Both the position numbers and the translations under genes were made by a program. The notes beneath the pieces are model-generated. The model saw nothing but the letters and a program-made list of their open reading frames with translations. It did no database searches and had not been told where the DNA came from. 64,000 bases of DNA from a virus, in the IMG/VR virus record IMGVR_UViG_3300030380_003294. One strand, 5' to 3'. The first letter of the stretch is position 1, and each line of letters opens with the position of its first letter. This document shows positions 59,901 through 64,000 of the stretch, one piece after another.

Positions 59901-62900
59901 TTTGAGGATTTGATAAGTGAGCATACTCACCACCATACTGGTTATTAAATCCCTCAAAGACAGAACCCTTAGCATTATCAAATGTAGTAGTTTCTTGTAA
60001 GTTATATGTCCATTCAAAAACGTTAGCACTAAATGCTGCCTCTGCACCAACAGAGTTTAGATTGATAATTGTAGTTCCTTGAGTATATCCAATACCTTTG
60101 TTAATAATAGTGATACCAGTCACTCTACCCGCATTTTCACCATCAGTATCGATGGTTGCTCTAGCAACAGCACCAAAACCTTGACCTTGAATAGTAATCT
60201 CAGGAGCAGTTGTATATCCAGAACCTGCAGAGATGATAGCAATAGAAATAATTCTACCGTTAGCAACGATTGCTTGTGCAACAGCACCACTACCAGAACT
60301 TAATGTGACATTAGGAGTAGAGGTGTAGGATTGACCACCTGATCCAACAGTAACTGCTTGAATAGGACCACGAACAGATGCAGTTGCTTGTGCACCAGTA
60401 CCACCGCCACCAACAATAGTGATAGAAGGTTGTGAGGTATATCCAGTACCGCCTGAGTTGATTAGAATTCTAGATACAACGCCTTTTGTAATAATAGCAG
60501 TTGCAGACGCTCCAGAACCGCCTCCACCAACGATAGAGACCAGAGGAGAAGAAGTAAACCCAGAACCCGCTGCAGTAACAGTGATTTCGGAGACAGAACC
60601 GTTAACAGTAACGCTTGCAGTTGCTCCAGTTCCTCCACCACCACTAATTGTTAAAACTGGTGGAGATGCAGCATCATAGTCTTTACCCGCATTTGTAATA
60701 GCAACACTAGTTACAGCACCAAAAGTTTTCTTAATAGTTGACTTGTAAGACCAGATAGATACGCCATTTACCCAAGTTCCAATAGGACCTGGATTAACAC
60801 TGTTCTTAGTAGAGATTGTTTGTGAAACAATCGGGAAACGATTTAATTTACGTTGGTTTCCTGGAAGAAGGGCAGATCCTGGGAAAGGACCAATCTTGTA
60901 GTTAGGAATACCAGTAGATGCTAAGTAAGCATGCTGTGTATTGAAGAACGAGTTCTGAACGTTAGTTGTATAAGGACCAACAGCATTCAATACTGCAGTG
61001 CTATCAGACTTACCTTTGTTTAAGTCAACAGATACTAGAATATTACCTTGTGGTGTTACAGTTGCAGGTTGAGGTAATTGATATTGGAATACAGTATTAC
61101 TATCTCTAGATGTTACAAGGAACGTTCCGTTATAGATGATTGGGTTTGCACCATAAACAGTAACCTGATCACCAACCAACAAACCATGATTGTTTGAGCA
61201 AGTAATAGTTGCAAACTGATTGTTAATGCCTCCAAACGTAACGCTAGTTACATTAATAAGTTTTTTTACGTTATATAACCATGTCGTCAAGTGGGGATCG
61301 ATGCTAGTTCCACCTAGTTTCGACACAGTGAGTTTATCACCAGGTAAGTAATAGGATCCAGTGTCAGTAAGGGTAGTCTGTTGTGCATCAACAATACCAA
61401 CAACATTCAAGACAACTTCTTGAGGAGTGCCTTTATTAACGAATACAGTGAAGTTGGATGTAACTTGAGTTGCAGAATCCCAATCTTCTACAATATTGTT
61501 AGCAGAACGAGTACACTCAATAAACTGGTTAAGTGATTTCTCTTTGTATTGTACAAGTTCAGATCCAGTACCTCTACCAATTACAAACTCACCGTTTCTT
61601 TCTGGCCAACCAATAGTAGAGTCAACCGTAATGATTGAATCGGTTGTATTAAGAGGTTCTGCAAGTTTTGTTTTGTATGGTACGGTAAACGTCCCAACAA
61701 TAGTTTCTTCAGAGAGAACAAGTTCAAAAATCTCTACATCTGAAGTTTTGATTGAAATATAGTTTTCAACTAGTGCACTTGCATTAGTTACATTAGGATC
61801 TGCAATATCTGCTTCTTGAGTAAGCAAACCATCTCTAATATCATCAGGATTACCACTTACTAAGGTTGCACGCAAAATGGTATCAATAGACCAAGTTGCA
61901 GCAGAGGGTTTAATAATTTGGTCTTTTGGATATGTAACCGTTACAGTTTCACCGTAAAGTAACTTGAACAGATATGCAATACTGAATGAAGTACCTTTAG
62001 ATGAATAAAAATCTTTAATAGTTTTGATCGCTGTACGAACATCGATCTTCTTATAGTCAAGTTCTGGAACATCTGGTAAGAATTGTTCTGTATACTTGTC
62101 TAATAATCTCTTGATAAACAACGCATCAAGACATTTTACATTTGCGCCAATAGCAGCACTTGCAGCAATAGTATTGTTGGTGAATACCGCGTTACCATCC
62201 TCAGTATACTTTGTAATTCCAGATGCTGCTCTTGCACATCCAGTAAACGCTGCTTTGTTGTATCCATTACCCGCTTCTGTTACAACAAAACCAGTAACTT
62301 CATTTAATCCAATCTCAACAGATGCTTTTGCTTGAGGAGGTGCTTGAATTACAATCTCAGGAGGATTAGCAGCAGAATATCCGCTACCAAAGGCAGTAAT
62401 ATTAATATCTGTAATTTGACCGTTGAAAATTGAAGCAACAGCAGTTGCACCAGTTCCACCGTTGATTCTATTGTCTACAATGTACACTGAAGGCACATCA
62501 TCATATCCGCTGCCACCATTCAGTAGATCAACTCTAATAACACGCCCATCACCATCAACAATGGTTTCTAATACTTGTGCACCTACAGGATCGATAATAG
62601 CAACCCTAGGTGTAGTAGTGTATCCTTGCCCCGCATTCAAAACTGTAATGCTGGCGACTTTACCATCAGCAAGATCTGCTCTCAATGCTGCCTTGATTGG
62701 GTTAGAACCAGTTGGTTCATCAACATATACAATAGGAGCAGTAGTGTAACCAAAACCTCCGTCAGTCACGGGGATTGACATTAACTGCTCATTAGTAATC
62801 ACGGGAGATCCCAGTTTAGCACCACCAGGTTGAATAAAGGTGATTCTAGGAGTAAAAGTATAACCAGAACCAGAATTTGTAATATCAAGACCAGTAACAG

Positions 62901-63999
62901 CACCATCAGTAACAGTTGCTGAAATAGTTGCTTGACTAGAACCAGTTTTAGTTGGTGATTGTACTTGCACCACAGGAGGGTTAGAGACGCTGTAACCTCT
63001 TCCACCCTCTAATAAGGAGATTGCCTTGATACCGTTGACAAGGGCAGTTGCAGCACCACCAGAACCGTTCTCAGAGTCAATACTAACTTGAGGAGGATAT
63101 TCAAAACGATATCCAGAACCAATTTCACTGGATACAATGCTTGTTAAGTTTCCAAGATTATCTACACGAGAAAATCCAACCGCACCTGCACCGAAAGAGG
63201 GGATTGGTGCTTCTATAGAATGAATTGATAAGAAACGACCATTAAGAGGTGCTATCTTAAATACAAACTGATCTTTATCGATAAAGTAGTCAACTTTTGG
63301 TACAAGAAGTCTATTATCGTAAATTACGTTTAAATACTCTTCAACTTCTGGTTCATACTTTACACCATTACGAGTCATGGTAAATTGCTTCTTACCATCT
63401 CCAAAAGCACCAGAAAGATTGTCTAAATTGTAAATGGTGTTCTCAACAAAACCGCTGAGATAGTAGATATAGGTTGAACCTGCATCATCAGCAGGAATCT
63501 TGGTTCTGGGTGCAGTAGTGAATACAATGTTTGATCCCGAAATTGTGTAATCAACATTAGGGATTAAAATCTTACCATACAAAGATACAATCAGATGCTG
63601 TGCTGAAGGAGGAGCAATCGGACTGTCTTGGGATGTTAATGGGAATTGAGTAGCAGTGCTATCAAATGAGGAAAGGAGACTTGCAAGAGTAGTCCACTTA
63701 AGTTTTACCTGCTCATAAGAAATACCTGGAGACAGGGCAACACTAGGAGACTTATCAACACTTTCGTAGAATATAACTTCATCACCAACTAGAATAGATC
63801 CATTCTCTTCTAGGAAAGGATCAATACTTTCTACAACGATCTTATCATCTGTTACACTAACTGGTTCTACAACCGTAGTTGCACCATCTAGGATACCGAT
63901 ATCAAGTTTGTCGATATCGAGATACTGAAGGAAGTTATTAAGTATGTTTTGCCCCAGACCAGTTTTTTCTTGAGACTTGTAGTAATACTCAAGAAACTT
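44953..63999 (-). CDS. g7: Giant gp7-type baseplate wedge initiator (>6,340 aa; 5' end outside window)
   Basis: The frame stays open from the track start (63582) to the window end (KFLEYYYKSQEKTG...). It contains KDFYSSKGT..S...LFKLLYG and KIQDSYYYQDFSYAVKS...W......VHPA.FKVFG, plus YHYH, LamG-like, propeller-like and many repeat domains. Confidence 0.85.
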   Translation of the reverse strand, partial: KFLEYYYKSQEKTGLGQNILNNFLQYLDIDKLDIGILDGATTVVEPVSVTDDKIVVESIDPFLEENGSILVGDEVIFYESVDKSPSVALSPGISYEQVKLKWTTLASLLSSFDSTATQFPLTSQDSPIAPPSAQHLIVSLYGKILIPNVDYTISGSNIVFTTAPRTKIPADDAGSTYIYYLSGFVENTIYNLDNLSGAFGDGKKQFTMTRNGVKYEPEVEEYLNVIYDNRLLVPKVDYFIDKDQFVFKIAPLNGRFLSIHSIEAPIPSFGAGAVGFSRVDNLGNLTSIVSSEIGSGYRFEYPPQVSIDSENGSGGAATALVNGIKAISLLEGGRGYSVSNPPVVQVQSPTKTGSSQATISATVTDGAVTGLDITNSGSGYTFTPRITFIQPGGAKLGSPVITNEQLMSIPVTDGGFGYTTAPIVYVDEPTGSNPIKAALRADLADGKVASITVLNAGQGYTTTPRVAIIDPVGAQVLETIVDGDGRVIRVDLLNGGSGYDDVPSVYIVDNRINGGTGATAVASIFNGQITDINITAFGSGYSAANPPEIVIQAPPQAKASVEIGLNEVTGFVVTEAGNGYNKAAFTGCARAASGITKYTEDGNAVFTNNTIAASAAIGANVKCLDALFIKRLLDKYTEQFLPDVPELDYKKIDVRTAIKTIKDFYSSKGTSFSIAYLFKLLYGETVTVTYPKDQIIKPSAATWSIDTILRATLVSGNPDDIRDGLLTQEADIADPNVTNASALVENYISIKTSDVEIFELVLSEETIVGTFTVPYKTKLAEPLNTTDSIITVDSTIGWPERNGEFVIGRGTGSELVQYKEKSLNQFIECTRSANNIVEDWDSATQVTSNFTVFVNKGTPQEVVLNVVGIVDAQQTTLTDTGSYYLPGDKLTVSKLGGTSIDPHLTTWLYNVKKLINVTSVTFGGINNQFATITCSNNHGLLVGDQVTVYGANPIIYNGTFLVTSRDSNTVFQYQLPQPATVTPQGNILVSVDLNKGKSDSTAVLNAVGPYTTNVQNSFFNTQHAYLASTGIPNYKIGPFPGSALLPGNQRKLNRFPIVSQTISTKNSVNPGPIGTWVNGVSIWSYKSTIKKTFGAVTSVAITNAGKDYDAASPPVLTISGGGGTGATASVTVNGSVSEITVTAAGSGFTSSPLVSIVGGGGSGASATAIITKGVVSRILINSGGTGYTSQPSITIVGGGGTGAQATASVRGPIQAVTVGSGGQSYTSTPNVTLSSGSGAVAQAIVANGRIISIAIISAGSGYTTAPEITIQGQGFGAVARATIDTDGENAGRVTGITIINKGIGYTQGTTIINLNSVGAEAAFSANVFEWTYNLQETTTFDNAKGSVFEGFNNQYGGEYAHLSNPQTLRYILGDNLFENTAGLIKEREEGLIHSPIIGWAFDGNPIYGPYGYSDPTDQSSSITKLNTSYRLKTNLVYNVDSNPNPVRTAGPLLSAEAAGKFIEDYEYVFGLGALDQYNGRFCKTPEYPEGRYCYFVTIDATEDGNPLFPYVMGPDFNSVVDTWNLSPTAVQQNIPTGVVRYRDPYENVDIDVERAPNASTNALTLENGDILLFDIEDEDRSGVIEQDETDDPDQVFEESPLQLFDYFPKVKFDSKVDIEVETTTKFEDASVTGFTVENPGINYQVNDRLIFDNSDTDGSGVSARVARIRGEAVEAYTFENISGNNFGKLTTVNPHNLQPGDSVFIDYTPVMDNTNKTFTVRQFKGIEQIVINQTGSGYNTDIPPTIIIDGNGTGGRLEAVVSSVGSIDTVNIINSGYGYTSNPRVILSHPQVFKKADYYVAKFVNRNYVKISDVYINDSKEVYICGKTYDAASNDVAVVAKLSATGVKEWEASLELAGGQEDSEFLKLYVDGKDIWVVGQNSPNSSILAAYNPDIVLCKYTEAANGLSAALTFQKGYAGISGSTRGDFITAIQKYSDTRFIIGGYTNTNSGAPYDAFIASIDTSGNFAIKRKLASPNKSEKITDIVIDGTDVYASLELASTVNEADIDTGVAKIAFGTNAITVNWIKQFTNSLYSIMNTSITIDEFKELYVTGGLRLKSDDTTKDSFWVGKIDANGTFIWNYRYVAPSGGSVSVAPSSAIDIFGDLNIAFTSTNNTDTLTTVDTVKIGYDGKIKNHTTNQFTQNNIEGITAYAVDVDNSGDIHVAGQTQWNRNEFIFPFTSGSNADTTTHYTLTSTSTNNSITYADNVAKINGYATGQSTWTQSNLQITSAQLGAKLNSDFTVEMMIFKNTATTAVSGITQHTLIAIGDAEEATGGLWLYYDVSTGYLELVVTNGSTKINNASGAGQSSLNNMFADNTWQFIGLKKEGNVFTVYVNGIQAIQSTVPSTALGSKHLYVGQIPGRSGSAGNFRVNEQGQFQVDNFRLRNRAITPTVPSDVSVFPTTGAFGFSYTWSDTAWFTTNLNRYDLIDYDGFALKVDKNADSARLGTISTQTNTQLGFTRTAVTPVIGSTLTMQNTGYSLSEAGFQSLDFDDATINMTPGTETLTYTQDVWSSRTATVPSPGSQKLNVSAVVKDRYFFKVTPTIKIDNIQELTINQAFRFSVGTKLRLNNDSGQFVNSGYIVRIDNENNKVYLAVNNNTWTNDTATGNLITEQFNEQSTYGIVGPIPNDINIIENFSFPLVVNTTPGTFDIDLDKYNLDGTYNAAGSQNLDSFAKFKPFATEDYSVRIDEVSGSSPFIVGSVVQLSSGDVSFNSARSTIQVTNLTGVLKITLVANLDKILQVSSVANSDEVYVITDTSHYLSKGDVIYVDGNPSQEVSGVTYDEYDGAFPVDQVISPLEFTYKLDQAAVSSPATTAGNVNIFMKSPTLKMYYGHQYIFDLSHSSLVGGNLSFAKDSLYKLEYSFNSIERVGTPGISGAGAPTPSVKLKVDESIVTNISYYFDPSRTGDDSPVVPGSYLDVVDSPYKGNFEISSIAGQTITRGADIIKFPLLNEPEGAADINQTSYGTSSTRAVGSIDSVRIVNPGGFYTRLPIVSAIQSTRQIERIQINDPGTEYAVGEYAGVPIAGDGEGGFVSITVADGTDANGVTIPGQIQKIDVTSPGKGYTTASIDIESVSGILGSGLTGSGAEVVVVIPPFGSGASIFTQGSSVGKIKKLKNNNFGYDYPHDYTLRPEITFPINAQLTSTSILDSITVTDPGTGYSQAPAVVITGGGGSGAIAEATIKNGRLDTIIVKDPGAGYSSTPIVSLRSSFNYVVNLDLGLLQFAFPHGIQNGAAVTLNAVDTGDGVEFPLSAGAVGRLNGTTTYYAIAGSANSLEPDQLKLAITPANAALGDALSYVNAGTGRQQVLTESFGGSATANVVTSTFLEGELVYQGDSLTAATATGFVSTNAGWQVGPRVLKIVDYTGEFSTGQRITGVISKSSGIMTDIKVAKGVLEIGSITKTTGQFIDDVGKPSEIIQKIQDSYYYQDFSYAVKSAVSIGEWKEILIKNVHPASFKVFGELDLNDYGFIPNKETSFQLTKSVELARDAIVPNIQNFALVEPVYSEFNNTEVLFRQKRLTSSENILTSVVQRLDDISNQFDGQKISFPLTVDGGNVVANANQLMIVLNGVVQTPGTAFEIQGDSIVFAEPPQPPASIKYVNVTINPISTVAVTFTNISGIFPTPGMTLVGTSSTARLTVTTVVGDTINGFITQGTYTIGELATVGATGFAANIVAVTNISNIGLFIFGENVTNLTGDTAKVEQINLASGAETPLAQLRYTVGAATTSIEMVAFKTDNTAADYAVTAGVFAAGTNYQLGSEIFRVDSVTTGSESTTLTVTRGQNGTLAVAHQEDSPVYGTDISVTNALTLSKVAGTYQSTPGLFDIQLNDVIIGAQSGVVASVTATATYQDPTTNEFIGQVNISEGSSFFGLLFNRITSQTYPNVVLDDISKSQIGVVDFTDNTTAFDSSFPANEQVNNYVIPYDNAVGTLQENEYIRNYKVEYGNNVGDFQASEGARIRKLTFTDRIGSGFFQAGQVIRSRDTKAEVVGANSARSTIFLGKIARSQRGGLDYNIATFSGNAQLDTAQKKFGLSSLLLDGAGDYISTDSSSDFAWGSAGFTIECYIRPSDITGTRTIFDFRASSASEVAGRLYLEAGQVRYNVNGSDLVTSGATTVTADTWTHVVVQRSSTTTKIFLDGVERGTGTDSTSYVAKPFRVGMDYAGANGFIGHIDEIRLSSTTRYSSVPFTPQNGIFQGDNNAKLLYHLDGADAQTYTDDWSGTQDFTIDEYFNNDAIRETQRQTGATGGFNQKTHRYINAADLVILNREFIAQEAVYIMKERYPYFTVVGGEINCEDDVKDILDAMVEDLRNGSNNHVWDAAALYVDRTTNPVTLLHVSDDLVESLFTYETVGKLLKYVVNNTPWSVQGDHGFTQKFDTTITESDYLSQSVTQVTPSGATYNPATGEMVVTSSGHGLVSDSTITATNATYVATTGILTITSNGHNLQNGDRIQLADNSITFTCSMDGNSTNHTYPRPNDPAALGWLEVQNKTTNTFELNVGKSTAVNYQPTGATYDPSTGIAVLTLPNNNLEVGQSIKIAQDSLTFSRGTGGNGTLPASDKIVSITQNGVTSTATGAIYDPATGVLQITQNAHGFVVGDKIRIADNSLSFTCTKDGNHETKTYPRSTDPFSGRWLRISAKTDNTFTVNVGPSSAADQFAHTFVSASANGIIKKNNTITVDIGTDSNTSTHTFASATSSAVVSGGNYTHTFVSATTNGITVAGDSVFLADGAISFTCSKDGNQKITAYPRSTDPASKQVLKISAHTTDTFTINVGASSADDQYSHTFSSAVSNGITKSEYSLTDCADVVTTNNNLLDIITDTLENAAAASPTDHLATVTKVSPAYEFVGGTVNAYSEVPFIVDYHNGTTDQIYTNQIDEDARGRFRDAANLIRANRKVIVDKAAFDMLTRYPDLALNMPRNANGTSTDGTLRCKTDLGLILDGLADDLYDGGNLETITAAKFYIGASGELQHIRLQVWQSVYAHERLGFYAKQAVTGDLTYDNTDGIIVGDWGITNDAGGCANVKTAIDNLVTTINDIIAPTGSDFEIAADRLYFNRNFIAEEITGLITTEFTYLLNSIQYQAFQYPNGALGEAKCQRDLKLIIESAISDLQTGGNNSTIDAISKYLTAALTLNISQGVEQELLATVYGIEQLEALGKKAIDNLLYANGEDTGGTAGAYSALHTDDAAVRDALTITDAASVKNRWSELIEIAVNILAPAKTIGRSAAKHILYNRNYYLQEIQTQTVAQFGAGSWVYDDFVNQTVNDVIHDLVITDTKKKTTAYGITISSVTGAFQVGEVVRSNVGGYATVLEYDSETNFFVIGPFTGTAWVASNTLTGKTSGATATVGAVGSPYDWYTEVANVRTLSSARLITSNISGQIAGTNLWTNPEAYQINWTPTTNVTITANQGLAPDDTQTAEDVTPNNGQNGQHEINRDFNLTAFETFDSGTVTFDTTNESFDTGAVGQTETQQFTFSGFVKTSGSQSIRFQMQLDPGGAGEQNAFFDLNLTTGATGTAFTPQGGITVDQFGAIPLGDGWYRCFITGTFSFGFTTLRSKFIIKSGSGATVWTGDGSTGVLVWGAKLTKGGLDPYQSQSGKTFFSDTEFNTKNYILELLEQYMIAALDNSLTSPSTAAGFYSFYSSADAANYTKDSISAAIRYLLQIITNQLSNDTSYIGLTTYNGISLPTKKFGTRNIPVGYNGGLNPADFVYGLLSDASAEVESITLNEGLVVQVYSRFRIDGDITDGPYTMNEVVAKQGAPSITGVVYGFHEDANYKYLDVKITAGPWAITDNIVGATNSTTAQISAIETRVHIIDLKGDFVADIPFKGYTSGATAQPTSFLKAEAAVTDNTGGKLTVDTESLLGTFEKTAVVYPSASRQFITVSKYAGLDIGVGDRIASVGYKRFGINIISGLNNFTVGNRLYKVISGVQDSATFGIITDVDIANNYVYMVEFQGTFSQGDQIGDYGLAATFPVGYASISTIVTTAGAGAALVQDVRPDGINKRLYLSDVTGTFGIRDAIKGPDSYGAVILTQVDLKARVKRSFKGFDGTQTTFDLSQNNGTAYLPDPAGHLLIFVNGILQPPGATNAYTAFSNQIQFTEAPDLGASFTGFYIGKLRQLDDISFEFDSLRQSFNLKRNDVFYSLTLTEGVQSSVIRPENNIICSLNGVIQEPGVGFEIVGSRIIFSEIPRFGSTFVAFSYVGSEADVDAAEVVPPIEPGDFIDIQGETADREVAVIESSNSLITFDYLGSVFGQNASATALLTSGFIDKVQVTGGGSGYTSRPTVRIDSISGFDGNIRALVGVAGVELSATGTGYQNPGISIDTVVPDDYVAPDLSQYGEELVDPETP

Positions 64000-64000
64000 A

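Noticed and set aside
978-62778. Numerous plus-strand ORFs of 60-170 aa in the ORF track
   Set aside because: They are antisense shadows of well-supported minus-strand genes, with no recognisable motifs; expected from the codon bias of the real genes.
63580-63582. Track start (TTG) of the 6,209-aa ORF
   Set aside because: The frame is open a further 139 codons to the window edge with gp7-like sequence; the true start lies outside the window.

Overview
This 64-kb window is the late (virion morphogenesis) region of a T4-like marine cyanomyophage; the host is inferred to be Prochlorococcus or Synechococcus. Essentially all real genes lie on the minus strand. In transcription order (right to left) the window holds: a giant gp7-type baseplate protein (>6,340 aa, running off the window end), a gp9/gp10-like protein, a YHYH-type structural protein, gp8, a 2,409-aa structural protein, a 2,113-aa fibre, and gp13-gp14-gp15-gp16. 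An accessory island follows, then gp17-gp18-gp19-gp20-gp21-gp22-gp23, a structured ncRNA, a second small island (ndhP-like peptide, 2OG-Fe(II) oxygenase), gp3, uvsY, uvsW and the 5' part of gp55. The first island carries a putative SAM lyase, a modular basic polyprotein, PTOX, an SNase-type nuclease and pcyA. The most striking inference is a head-cargo locus next to g16. It encodes a T3-SAMase-like SAM-lyase domain placed behind a T4 capsid-targeting-like sequence and a gp21-type cleavage site. Next to it is a polyprotein of about 7 cationic modules, most with two Cys, separated by gp21-type sites. Other points of interest: unannotated NdhP-like and NdhQ-like micro-ORFs whose units share an identical 13-nt upstream motif; a manA-class RNA with its own promoter and terminator; type-1 copper-site motifs in baseplate proteins; nested domain insertions in gp7; and promoters embedded in hairpins. 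All family assignments come from motif recognition and synteny; no database search was run.
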